Shown one piece after another: positions 1 through 9,869 of a stretch of 64,000 nucleotides of DNA. The translations under genes and the position numbers were made by a program. Every line of letters starts with the position of its first letter. Position 1 is the stretch's first letter. Below the pieces are notes generated by a model. That model did not search any database. It was not told the origin of the DNA and saw only the letters and a list, made by a program, of their open reading frames with translations. The stretch lies in sequence record LR745208.1; one strand, given 5' to 3'.

Positions 1-271
1 GGCGACGATCTTTGCCCCTGGAGCTCTGTTTCTCTGTACAGGAAACGCAGAGTGAGGGTATGGGGGCTCCATTTTCTGATAGCTTGGCTCCACACTTAGT
101 GCACACCCCATCGGCCCTACATGCCTCGTATCGAAGAACATTTCTCTGTGCGGTACACTTTAAGCAATAGGGGTTACGACCGTTTTTTCTGGCCTTATCT
201 ACACTGAAGTCAACAAGGGGACCTTCATGGCCACACTGCCCACATCTTTTGGTTCCCAGAGGTACACTCAT
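1..271 (-). CDS. Partial Cys-rich Zn-finger protein (N-terminus resembles phage HNH/EndoVII-type endonucleases); runs off window start
   Basis: Manual translation from ATG at 271 (ATGA overlap with upstream stop): MSVPLGTKRCGQCGH...PYCLKC...VCTKCG...LCVSC; four CxxC pairs, no stop before base 1, so absent from the ORF track. Confidence 0.6.
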   Translation of the reverse strand, partial: MSVPLGTKRCGQCGHEGPLVDFSVDKARKNGRNPYCLKCTAQRNVLRYEACRADGVCTKCGAKLSENGAPIPSLCVSCTEKQSSRGKDRR

Positions 272-1482
272 CGAATAACCTTAGGGTTGTTACCCAGCAT
301 CTCATCTACCCAAAGAGGTGTAACATGGCACTTACCCCTCTTAGCATCTAGCACGTAGAAGGTTTGCTGTGGGGGTTCGAACTTGGCCGAGATCCATCTG
401 GCGAAAGGATTGTATCCAATCAACGACCCATTGACCATCACCCGACCAAGATCAGTCTGACAATGGAAATGGCCAATGTGGTGCAGATGTGCGTATCGTA
501 CATCATCCCATGCTGGAATTTTCTTCAACAGGGGGATAGAAATGCCCCCCACATTTCCACCATAGGAGATCTGGTCCCCATGTGTGAAGTGCAGTGTGAA
601 GTCGTATGCCTCCACAAACTGGTCCATAGACTTGGATGTGTCGAATGTAACCCTTGGGTCCTTGGCAAAATGCCGCTCCAAAATCTTCCCCATCATGTAC
701 TCAAGGCTGTTCTCAGGTCCCGTGGTAATCATCTGCCTCTTCGTGAGGCGAGAATGATTACCACGGCTCACCGGGATGCTGATAGATCGGAGGTCCAACT
801 TGTCCAGCAAAGTCTGGATGCCACCCGTTAGGTGAGGAAGCAGCCACACTACAGTCTCTACAGGAGACAATTCGTTGTTGGCTAAATTTTCTTCGTGGAT
901 ATACCCGGTCAACAGGTCTCCCAATATAGCCAGAACAACATCCCGAATCACAACCTTTTTGGATGCACGATGGTGAGTTACCAGATCGATAATCCCAGTA
1001 AAAAACCTATGAATCCTTTTTTCCGCAATCTCTAGGTTGTAGCTATTGCGATAGGACACTTTTACAGCCTCCACCACCTCTTCGACATGCCAGTCACTCG
1101 CGAGCACTACGGCAGTTTGCTCTCTGAGCCCGGATGTCTTCTCCATCCTAATGATCTTTGGGGTGATGGGGCGCCCGATCTTTTCCAAAAAGGCCGTCTT
1201 TTCCCTCTCCGCCCTCAACATTTCAACAAGAGTCTCACACTCCTTCTTGAGTCGTCGGGAGTCACGCTTCTCAACATGAGTCACCACTGGATCTATTGGG
1301 GTGCCCCCTTCAATCTTGGGCCTAACCCTCTCCCCCACACCCACTTCCCCTGGATACTTGGCTCGGGGTGGAGGCTTAGGACCTTTACCTGCCCGCCACT
1401 TCTCAAGGGCTTCTCGGCGTTCCCTGCGTTCTGTTGATTCCCGATGTACCTTACGTGTCAAATCGCGTGTTGGGTCGCTCAA
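268..1482 (-). CDS. Calcineurin-like metallophosphoesterase with N-terminal basic/coiled extension
   Basis: Motifs LASDWH, LGDLLTG, RGNHSR, THGD, IGHFH; TTG start preceded by AGGAG at 6 nt. Confidence 0.8.
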   Translation of the reverse strand: MSDPTRDLTRKVHRESTERRERREALEKWRAGKGPKPPPRAKYPGEVGVGERVRPKIEGGTPIDPVVTHVEKRDSRRLKKECETLVEMLRAEREKTAFLEKIGRPITPKIIRMEKTSGLREQTAVVLASDWHVEEVVEAVKVSYRNSYNLEIAEKRIHRFFTGIIDLVTHHRASKKVVIRDVVLAILGDLLTGYIHEENLANNELSPVETVVWLLPHLTGGIQTLLDKLDLRSISIPVSRGNHSRLTKRQMITTGPENSLEYMMGKILERHFAKDPRVTFDTSKSMDQFVEAYDFTLHFTHGDQISYGGNVGGISIPLLKKIPAWDDVRYAHLHHIGHFHCQTDLGRVMVNGSLIGYNPFARWISAKFEPPQQTFYVLDAKRGKCHVTPLWVDEMLGNNPKVIR

Positions 1483-1611
1483 GAAAAGCTCCTAGGTTGT
1501 CAGGGGAAGATGTGTTCTACACACCTTATCCACCGTACCAAGGGGTCTACAGAGTGACAGGCAACGTCCTGATGAATTCTGGGGTCCATTGATCTTGGTG
1601 GTGTGGCACGT

Positions 1612-1620
1612 ATTGTAGCA
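1612..1620 (-). promoter_or_regulatory. Possible extended -10 promoter element (TGcTACAAT) upstream of the phosphoesterase gene
   Basis: Minus strand reads TGCTACAAT in the 1483-1678 intergenic gap; no clear -35. Confidence 0.3.
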
Positions 1621-1661
1621 CGGTGCCTATTACCTATTACACCTTAGAGCGTAGAAACCGT

Positions 1662-1678
1662 GTTGCAATCCGTGCAAC
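1662..1678 (-). terminator. Short hairpin immediately after the stop of the 1156-aa gene
   Basis: GTTGCA-5 nt-TGCAAC inverted repeat abutting the TAG; weak U-tract. Confidence 0.3.
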
Positions 1679-4600
1679 CTACAGAATGTCAATTCCAATG
1701 AGTCCGCGACATGATGTGGTCACGCCGTCTTCCCCACCTTGCTCGAAGTTGAGGCCCTTACTGGTTGCGTTATCCTTGAGGATGACCTTCACCAAGAGAG
1801 GGCACATACCAGCCCCATTATCAAACAGGCCAAAGCCAAGGTTGAGAATCACATCACAGTAGACGGTCTGAGAACTCAACTCTGTACCGTCCGTATGCGC
1901 CTCATGGCATCCAGCCCCATCGAAGGCAGCATCCTGCTTTCCAGCGGGACCTGCCCCGTTCTCCTCTCCAACATCCATCCAGGTTGTAAGGCCCGGTACC
2001 TTAACCATAACCGCAATACCGGCCCCCCCGGGAGGAGTGCCAGTAAGGTCTGCATACTGTAACCCATGAATTCTGAGAGATGCCGTGGTAGTGGCGGGTG
2101 AAGTTACTGGCCCGGCATTGAGGGCCCGAACGAATACACGCTCTCCAGTCAGACCAGTGTAATTGGGTCCTACTGGTAGGTACCCGGTGTAATCCTTCTG
2201 TGGATAGATGAGAAGGCCACGGGAGGGGAAAGGGTTTTCCACCCCCTCACTGTAATTTGGATTACGCGCTGGTAGACCTGCAACCTGTGCTTCCTTGTCA
2301 TAAGGAGCAATGTTGGACAAAGGGGCCATGTGAAGGCTCTGGAAGTACCACCCAGGCCAATTTGGATCAGCCTGAACAGGCCTCACAAGAACATTGATGG
2401 CCCCAATTGTTCCAGGGGCTCCTGAGATTCCAGGACCCTGAAGAATCGCCTGGGGAGTACCTACACCACCAACCAAAGGGGCCCAGTCTTCTGGATACCT
2501 ATAGACCTCATCCAAGAACCTCTCTTGGGTGTCTTTAATTGGTCCCATAGCCGCCGTAGCACTACCAAAAACGGAGGCATTGCCATAGGGCACGATGGCC
2601 GTGAAAGACCCCTCCTGCATCGAGTGGAACAGGATTGGTTTTCCTGAAGCCTCCGTCAGGGTGAATCCTCGGTTGGATGCTGTATTGCCTCCAACATAAG
2701 GCATCGAGAATCCCGTGGCCCCATCGACGACAAGGGGACGCCGAATGAAAAACCTCACCTTGGCATCTTGAGTGAACGAGGGGGTGGTAGTATCCCCGAA
2801 AAAATTGAACCCCTCAGGCAGGGTTGCTACGTTGAAGGTGTAGGAGAGATGGCTAGCAGTAACGGGATTTGTGGCTCCAGCAAACAGATCTGCAAATCCA
2901 AACTCTACACGTTGTCGGCGAAACTCCCCAAGCCTTCCGGGAAACAGGGTAACGGCTGCCGAAGTACTGACAATGTTAGAGGCAACAGGAGATTCGGTTC
3001 CCTCATAGGCAAACGAGGACAGGGACAGAAATCCCAAATTCTGATTCAGCGCAAATCGCCTCTGGTCAGCTGCCAGCGGACCCGCTACCGGAACCTTATC
3101 ATGCGAGCGGTATCCATTATTCTTGAACGCCCCGGTGAAGTCCAAAGTCATCACCTGAATGGATGCCGCAGCCGTATCCGCTACCCGATCCAAAGGGGTG
3201 TAGTATTGCACGCCTGAGTAGTAGATAAGGTTGTTGGCCCCTATCCCCAGGGTATACGTGGTAGTGACAGGGGCCGGGACCGCAGTACCATCGTTGTCCT
3301 CCAATATCTCAGACCGATGTGCCCCATAGGGGGCTGCCACTGTTGCCGTAGCTGCGGGGTCAATCAGGTTATCTAGCTGGTCGAAAGGAGAGCTGTTCCC
3401 CGTCCAATCCACCAAATTGGTGGAGTATACCTGACTTGCAGAGGGCACCACACCATCTCTCACATAAGACTCAAAATAGGCTTCCTTTTTGAAGTGCACA
3501 AGGGCATAGTTGTCGTCTCGTCGATCCGCTACTGCCCCTACTGCAAGAGAAAATCGATGCCGATACCGAGCCAGTTGGTAGGACCAGAAGTCGGCAGTGA
3601 AGTTGGCATAGTTACCGGCCTGTGCCAAGGTACCGGCACCCCCCAGTGCTGGGAGGAGCTTGTCTGTAAATCTAGCCTTCTCAACTGTGGGTGTGTAGGG
3701 AAGATTCGAGACGGTGGAGTAGTCCTTGAGGTACGGGAGCCGGTAGGCAAAAAAGTTCCCGTTCGTACCACCCCCAATCCCAATACTAGATGGCAGGGAG
3801 GGAACCACCGTAGTGCCGATTGAATTAGCTGTGCCGCCAAACACGGGTAGTCCCCCATTCGTGACGGCGGGAGCAAATGTCACTGCGCTGGGATCCGTGA
3901 GTAAACGAACTTGACCGGCTGCAACAAGTGTGAACGGGTTTGTGCCTGCGGTTACGGACACCCCTGACTGGAGTTCATCCAACATATACTGACCGGCAGC
4001 TCTCCCGGGGAAGTTGTAAGGACTACTTACAACATCGGTCCCGCCCGTTGGGGCTACCAACACATAGGTGGCAGACGAGTCTGCAAAAGTGACAGAGTTG
4101 CCTATGGTTCCCGGACTGGCTAGGTGTAGCTCTACCACACCCGCAACGGGAATGGCGAAAAAGGTATTGGGGTAGTACAGGCTATTGATGGCCAACGAGA
4201 GATTAGTCGCAGTGGCGGCCACCCCACCTCCTACTTGGAACTCTAGGGGGTTTGTCGGGGCACCCGCGGTTGCGGTGAATATGGCAGAGGTAAGCCCCCC
4301 CGGAAGGCCAATTGTAATTGTGTAGGGTGCCGCCGGATTAGCGACATTTGTAAGGCTGCCAAATGCTCGTTGAGACCCCGATGCCTCCGAGAAGATACCC
4401 CCGGGCAATCCATCAGCCCCATCCTGCAGACCCTTTCCTAGTAGAATAGCCGCAATGCAACGAGCTTGGATATCAGCAATGTTAGCGGCTGGTGCCGCTG
4501 GAGTAGCTGGTTCTCCATAGGGCCACTTCACCAACGCCAGCACTCCCCTGTCTGCCGGGGAGCAAATCCCCGACACAACAGCCGAAGGATTAGCAATTGA

Positions 4601-5149
4601 CTTGAAAAGTCGCCATGTGGGGTACCCATCCGCAGCCCCCAGGCCCTGAGTCACGGTTACAAAAGCTGCGTGGGCTAGACCCACCCCCCCACCATCATAT
4701 CCGCCATCGGCCACATTGAACATGGGGTCTTTGGCGATGTCTACCCCGGTTCCGGTTTCGGATACTGGCGCCCGATAGTAATACGGGTACACAGCGGCAA
4801 CATCCGCTACGGGATTAAGGGTGGGAGCTAATGCCCCATCATTGAGCTTCAGGATTCCCCAATCTGGGGCCCCTGAGTTAGCGGACCCCAACCAAGCGAC
4901 GCCAGAACTTCCCACCCCACCCATTGCCGGTGGAATCAGGGCTGCCAGCTCATCCAGAGATGTTTCTACATCCTCCCCCAAAGTAAACCTGTCAAATGGA
5001 TCCAGCACGGAGATAGCCGAGGCGGGATGCGCCCCCGCAGGGCTCTCAATATGAGCTGTCAAATCCCCACTTACTGTTTGGTTAGTTCCAGAAGGAGGCG
5101 TGAATCCCCCTCCAGTAGCGATCGTCGATGGGTCTACAGTGCGGGGCAT
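1679..5149 (-). CDS. Large virion structural protein (tail/baseplate-associated), 1156 aa
   Basis: Long Gly/Ala/Thr/Pro-rich ORF in the baseplate cluster; shares an ATATNL-x-x-AIN module with neighbouring structural proteins. Confidence 0.65.
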   Translation of the reverse strand: MPRTVDPSTIATGGGFTPPSGTNQTVSGDLTAHIESPAGAHPASAISVLDPFDRFTLGEDVETSLDELAALIPPAMGGVGSSGVAWLGSANSGAPDWGILKLNDGALAPTLNPVADVAAVYPYYYRAPVSETGTGVDIAKDPMFNVADGGYDGGGVGLAHAAFVTVTQGLGAADGYPTWRLFKSIANPSAVVSGICSPADRGVLALVKWPYGEPATPAAPAANIADIQARCIAAILLGKGLQDGADGLPGGIFSEASGSQRAFGSLTNVANPAAPYTITIGLPGGLTSAIFTATAGAPTNPLEFQVGGGVAATATNLSLAINSLYYPNTFFAIPVAGVVELHLASPGTIGNSVTFADSSATYVLVAPTGGTDVVSSPYNFPGRAAGQYMLDELQSGVSVTAGTNPFTLVAAGQVRLLTDPSAVTFAPAVTNGGLPVFGGTANSIGTTVVPSLPSSIGIGGGTNGNFFAYRLPYLKDYSTVSNLPYTPTVEKARFTDKLLPALGGAGTLAQAGNYANFTADFWSYQLARYRHRFSLAVGAVADRRDDNYALVHFKKEAYFESYVRDGVVPSASQVYSTNLVDWTGNSSPFDQLDNLIDPAATATVAAPYGAHRSEILEDNDGTAVPAPVTTTYTLGIGANNLIYYSGVQYYTPLDRVADTAAASIQVMTLDFTGAFKNNGYRSHDKVPVAGPLAADQRRFALNQNLGFLSLSSFAYEGTESPVASNIVSTSAAVTLFPGRLGEFRRQRVEFGFADLFAGATNPVTASHLSYTFNVATLPEGFNFFGDTTTPSFTQDAKVRFFIRRPLVVDGATGFSMPYVGGNTASNRGFTLTEASGKPILFHSMQEGSFTAIVPYGNASVFGSATAAMGPIKDTQERFLDEVYRYPEDWAPLVGGVGTPQAILQGPGISGAPGTIGAINVLVRPVQADPNWPGWYFQSLHMAPLSNIAPYDKEAQVAGLPARNPNYSEGVENPFPSRGLLIYPQKDYTGYLPVGPNYTGLTGERVFVRALNAGPVTSPATTTASLRIHGLQYADLTGTPPGGAGIAVMVKVPGLTTWMDVGEENGAGPAGKQDAAFDGAGCHEAHTDGTELSSQTVYCDVILNLGFGLFDNGAGMCPLLVKVILKDNATSKGLNFEQGGEDGVTTSCRGLIGIDIL

Positions 5150-5154
5150 GGACT

Positions 5155-8100
5155 TTAGTTCCCAGTCGTGAGCAGGAGGTTCTTGGTGCGGTAGATTGAG
5201 GCAGCCGTTCGAATGGCTGGTAGATCCGTGAAGGCAATGTTGTTGTTCGCATCGAGGTCTGCGAACCTTGAGATCACCACCAACAGCAACTCCCCCTTCC
5301 GGAACAGAAGGTTTGAGGTGGTACTCCTCACAAGCATTGTCGTGAACACTTTGTGACGGACTGCACCTGACAGGGGTTGGGCCATCGCGGTGGGCTTGTA
5401 CCCCAGATAGTTGGCGTAATCATAGTAGGCCCGGAACTCGCCATCAGTCAGAGGGCCACGTCCAAGTGGAGCGGTGTTGCCAAGGGTGATCGTATTGGAC
5501 CCGTCCATCTGCACCAACGAATGGAGCGTCAGAAGACCTGTCTGAGCATTGAAGTCCGTGATGGCCACATCAGCGGTTGCCGAGAAGTACCACTCTTTGG
5601 GAAAGCCCGCCCCAATGTCTACAGTTGGGACCTGCTCCATGGGACTACCATATGGGAAAGAATCATCTGTGGATCCCTTGCCCACTTGCCCCGTCCACAC
5701 ATTGTCCAATACGGCTACCGGCTCCAAAGTGATTTCGGTTGGAAGTACCACAGGCCCGCCCAACTGAATCCCACAGGTCTGTGGGGCCACGGCTGTGTAG
5801 TACACGTCAAGCTGATACCCGAGGCCCGCACCCGCATTGGGAATTGGATCTTGGGGCACATAGGTCACCGCAATTAGTACTTGACCCGCTACCGCGGCGG
5901 CCAAGGTAAGCTCCCTGGAGGCACTTCCAATAGCCGGAGTGACGGGCGGTGCCCCATTTGCCAACAGACCTGTTGCTGTCTGAATACGACGAGGGGTATA
6001 CACCTTTGTGGTGTTTCGGGTAACAATAGAGTCAAGGAAGATCGTAGACTTCTGCTCCAACAGGACTTCCCGCTTGTCAGATCGAAACTTGGGGTTTGGC
6101 ACCCAAGTAACATCCATCTCTGGGGGACGTTGTGTGGAATCCTGCTCCACCACAGACCCCCCATCATACGGCAGATACCCGGACGACGCACTGGGAGTGA
6201 GCGTGGTGTCAGGAGTATGCAGAAGACCTGCTCCTGTTGGATAAGTGACCTCCAACTCGATAAACAACCTCCGAGTTGATCCCCCATCTAGGGCAGGGTC
6301 GTCAACCATAGGATGGTCCACCCCTATGCCGCCATCATTGATAACTGATGGATTCGAGTCCAAGGTCAAAGAGATGATGTCCGTGCCCACTCCTGTCACC
6401 AAGGCCAGCTGGGTGGCCTGATCAACCATTACCGTATCATGGCCATCATCGTGAAACACTGTCAGAACATCTGTAACACGGGTCCCCACAGGCCATGCGG
6501 CACTTACCTTGGGGGCACCACCTACTGGAATGGTCCAATCCTGGAGGGAAGATGCCTCAAGAAGGCTGAAATCAATGTCAATGACATCCCCCTCACACCA
6601 AGAGAGAACGCTGGCCCCAGCCTTAGTGACCGTGATTCCAGTTGGGTGCGCCCCGGTTGGAAGAACCTCAAACACGATCTGCTCAACCACGGATTGGGAA
6701 GCAAACCTTCTGGCCACATGGTCAAATTCCCGGATGAAGTCTCCAGCAAACCCGGGGGCCCCAGCCCGTCCCACTTCGTTGCAGTACATGGGGGTCGTAG
6801 ATTGACCTCCAGAGCCGTTACCTATTAGGCCCACGTCGGAGGCATCCACTTGCCACGTCAAATTGGTCTGATCCATCAGGGATTGTGACTGGAATTTGAG
6901 TTCTGAGGCAAAGTCATACCCGGGTGGGGTCACGTGTCTACGGAGGTCCAGGACATCCACTGCATCAATCAGGTCGTGGAATAGCCCATCTGGACGGTCA
7001 GACTTCCCAGCGGCAATCGCTACTGGTCCTGCCACGTCAATGTGGGTATTGGCAAATCCCACGTGAGTGAAATTAATCCCCCCATTAGCATTAGCCGCTG
7101 GGCTGAAGCCCCCTGTTGCCGTGGCGTCGTTTCGGCGGAACACAAAACACACCGGAATGGCATACACAAACCCATCCACGGAACCCAATGCCGTCGAAGC
7201 AGCGGAAGACCCATCCCCGGCGAGGTATAGGCCCGCATCCTCAAACCCATAGGCCGTAGCATCGGAGTTTGCCACTACTGTGGCGGCATCTGCCGGAACG
7301 AAGGGGTATGTGGCGACAGGGGCTCCTTGTGCCCCCTGGGCCAAGATATTCACATTGCTGAAGGCATCTGGCTGAGACTTTGGATTTACCCCGAGAGCCA
7401 AGTCAGAGTACACCCTGAGACGATATTGGATTTGAACCCTCTGTGTGGTCTCAACATTCAACACCGGGTCCACAAGGTCGTCAGTAAGATTGACACCAGA
7501 CGGGCTGCCAACATTTCCATGCCGGTAAATCGCGTTCTGATTGGGTTTGTTGGTCCTATCTGCACCATTCAATAGAGTAGCAGCGGAGACCACAATATTG
7601 ATTCCGCCAGTGCTCTCTGCGAGCAAAATCCCATTCCCCGCAACCCCCCCAAAGGTGGCCGTCACAATGACGGTGTTGGAGAGCAGAGACCGGGCAGCCA
7701 CGTAGGTTGGATAGAGGCCATTTGCGGGGTTGTTGATTGCCGCCACAAGATTGGTGGCCGTAGCATTCGCACTAGCACCAATAGCAAATCCTGTGGCACC
7801 GCCACCATCGGCCACAAACGTAACCGCTGGGCCTGCTACAGCAGTGGCATCAATGGTAGTGGTATCCCCAGGAGCAATCACCTGAGGGTCGACAATCTCA
7901 ATGGTACCTCGGGCTCGGGGGGAGGGGGCTACTTGGGCACGCCAAACCTCCAGGAACACAAAATCGGTGGTCTTAATGTCGGGGGCGATTCCAGAAGATG
8001 CCTGGGCCGCCGGGAGCGTGATGACATTGGCCCCCGGCGTGGTAGTTCCCGTGTATTCCACTGCCACGGGCATCCCAGCAACTATGGCGAGGAGCTTCCC

Positions 8101-8385
8101 CAACTCAAACTTGTTGGCATCAGCCGGGGCTGGAGCACCATAGAAACTGTAGTCACTGAAAGAGGATCCAATACCCTGACCCCGGAAAAACCCCGATGGC
8201 AGGGACCGGCTAGCCAGCAAAACCCGATTGTATCCGCCCACGTCCTGGGTAAGGTTCAGGTCGGCATCGAGAATTGGCCTTCCCGATTGAGCAAGCAGTG
8301 TGTCCCAGGAGGCTTCCCCGGCATCCAGGCTTCGGGAAACTGACGAGGGGACTACGGTGTTATAGAACTTGGGAAAAGTAGGCAT
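5155..8385 (-). CDS. Large virion structural/tail protein, 1076 aa
   Basis: Contains DFVFLEVWR and RPDGLFHDLIDAVDVLDLR motifs that recur in phage tail-associated proteins; operon context. Confidence 0.7.
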   Translation of the reverse strand: MPTFPKFYNTVVPSSVSRSLDAGEASWDTLLAQSGRPILDADLNLTQDVGGYNRVLLASRSLPSGFFRGQGIGSSFSDYSFYGAPAPADANKFELGKLLAIVAGMPVAVEYTGTTTPGANVITLPAAQASSGIAPDIKTTDFVFLEVWRAQVAPSPRARGTIEIVDPQVIAPGDTTTIDATAVAGPAVTFVADGGGATGFAIGASANATATNLVAAINNPANGLYPTYVAARSLLSNTVIVTATFGGVAGNGILLAESTGGINIVVSAATLLNGADRTNKPNQNAIYRHGNVGSPSGVNLTDDLVDPVLNVETTQRVQIQYRLRVYSDLALGVNPKSQPDAFSNVNILAQGAQGAPVATYPFVPADAATVVANSDATAYGFEDAGLYLAGDGSSAASTALGSVDGFVYAIPVCFVFRRNDATATGGFSPAANANGGINFTHVGFANTHIDVAGPVAIAAGKSDRPDGLFHDLIDAVDVLDLRRHVTPPGYDFASELKFQSQSLMDQTNLTWQVDASDVGLIGNGSGGQSTTPMYCNEVGRAGAPGFAGDFIREFDHVARRFASQSVVEQIVFEVLPTGAHPTGITVTKAGASVLSWCEGDVIDIDFSLLEASSLQDWTIPVGGAPKVSAAWPVGTRVTDVLTVFHDDGHDTVMVDQATQLALVTGVGTDIISLTLDSNPSVINDGGIGVDHPMVDDPALDGGSTRRLFIELEVTYPTGAGLLHTPDTTLTPSASSGYLPYDGGSVVEQDSTQRPPEMDVTWVPNPKFRSDKREVLLEQKSTIFLDSIVTRNTTKVYTPRRIQTATGLLANGAPPVTPAIGSASRELTLAAAVAGQVLIAVTYVPQDPIPNAGAGLGYQLDVYYTAVAPQTCGIQLGGPVVLPTEITLEPVAVLDNVWTGQVGKGSTDDSFPYGSPMEQVPTVDIGAGFPKEWYFSATADVAITDFNAQTGLLTLHSLVQMDGSNTITLGNTAPLGRGPLTDGEFRAYYDYANYLGYKPTAMAQPLSGAVRHKVFTTMLVRSTTSNLLFRKGELLLVVISRFADLDANNNIAFTDLPAIRTAASIYRTKNLLLTTGN

Positions 8386-8444
8386 GGGCAGCTATTGGAG
8401 GCAGGTGGATAGGACCATTAGTTTCGCTTCCCCTTACCATACCA

Positions 8445-9791
8445 CTAGAGCATCGAGGCAGCGAGGTCTGCCAAGGGGCTACGGACCCCCTCAGGCAAAA
8501 ATACGGCTCCAGCGATGTGGGAGGTTCTGGTCACTGTGGCAGCATGAACCAATCCGTTGCTAAGGGCATCCAGGAAGGGGTCATCAATCTGAGATGGGTC
8601 CCCACACAACACCACCTTTGTACCCGTAGCCGCCCTCGAAACGATAGTCCGGACTTCATGGGGCGATGTGTTCTGAACCTCGTCGAAGATCATGAATGCT
8701 TTGGGGATAGACCTGCCCCTAATTGAGTGCATGGGCTGGATCTCTACCTGCCCAGCATGGAGCAACTGCTCCCAGTTTTTCTCTTGGATCCCCTTCTTCT
8801 GGTTTTCCTTTTTGTCTGTGGTCAAGAGCTGGTCCAAGTTGTCGTAGAAGGACATCATCCAAGGGGCCATCTTTTCCTCCTCATTGCCTGGGAGGTAGCC
8901 AAGGTCTCGGCCCATTGGCACCACGGGCTTGGAGAGGATGATTTTGTCGTATGCCTTGTCTAACTGGTGTAGGGCCACCATAAGTGAAAGGAGGGTTTTC
9001 CCGCTGCCACTAGGTCCCATCAGCACGACCAATTGAACCTTGGGGTCCAAAAGAAGGTCCAAAGCCATTTGCTGCCCCTCGTTCTTAGCATCAAACTTCA
9101 TCTTGGGGACCCTGGTGGAGATTGGCTTGAGGGACGCCTTCCCCATTCGGAAGAGCTGGGATTCCCCATCAGGTGCCGTGAATTGTACAAATTCATTAGG
9201 GGCTACACCCGTCAGATCTACAACATCCTCTGTCCAAGGGGGCATCTCCGCCTTAGTGCCATAGAGGGTCTGGAGGTTGTCCAGGCTCGCGATGGGTAGG
9301 GTATGCTTCCCAGTTGGGATCTCTCCCGGATGCACTCGGTCTTCTCGGTAATCCTCAGTCTTGAGGCCCCTGGCATCCGCTAGGATCCTCAGGTTCACGT
9401 CCTTGGTGACCAGGACCACAGTCAGGTGCTTGAACCGTTCTTGCGCCTTCAGAGCGGAGCCAAGAATGAGCATGTCCATCTTCCGGGACAGGGATGTATT
9501 CTGAAGCTCCTCGAAGTGCTCGTCCTGACCTATGATGAAAAAGTGGCTGTTGGTTCTGGAGTCCAGAACCCCCCCTGGATCCTGAAGGCTCCCCTGCTCA
9601 ACAATCTCTGCAATGTGTCGGCTAGCAGTTCGAGCGGCTGAAGCCACATCGTGACGCTGGCTAATCTTCAAGTCATCCAACTCCATGACAACGAAAAGTG
9701 GAATTGCCACCGAGGACTTCCTGTAACTGTAGAGAGACTCGGGATCATGGACTAGGACAGAAGTGTCGAGCACAAACAGTTGATTTTCCAC
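8445..9791 (-). CDS. phoH: PIN-PhoH (PhoH2-like) protein: N-terminal PIN domain plus PhoH ATPase
   Basis: N-terminal FVLDTSVLVHDP (PIN), LVTKDVNLRI, Walker A GPSGSGKT, LGYLPG, RGRSI, Walker B IFDEVQN, GDPSQID. Confidence 0.92.
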   Translation of the reverse strand: MENQLFVLDTSVLVHDPESLYSYRKSSVAIPLFVVMELDDLKISQRHDVASAARTASRHIAEIVEQGSLQDPGGVLDSRTNSHFFIIGQDEHFEELQNTSLSRKMDMLILGSALKAQERFKHLTVVLVTKDVNLRILADARGLKTEDYREDRVHPGEIPTGKHTLPIASLDNLQTLYGTKAEMPPWTEDVVDLTGVAPNEFVQFTAPDGESQLFRMGKASLKPISTRVPKMKFDAKNEGQQMALDLLLDPKVQLVVLMGPSGSGKTLLSLMVALHQLDKAYDKIILSKPVVPMGRDLGYLPGNEEEKMAPWMMSFYDNLDQLLTTDKKENQKKGIQEKNWEQLLHAGQVEIQPMHSIRGRSIPKAFMIFDEVQNTSPHEVRTIVSRAATGTKVVLCGDPSQIDDPFLDALSNGLVHAATVTRTSHIAGAVFLPEGVRSPLADLAASML

Positions 9792-9869
9792 GTTTACCTG
9801 TGGGGTACGGGTGATTACACGTTGTCTAGAATTACCGAGTCTGATTCTGTTCCTCCATATGGCTGAAAT

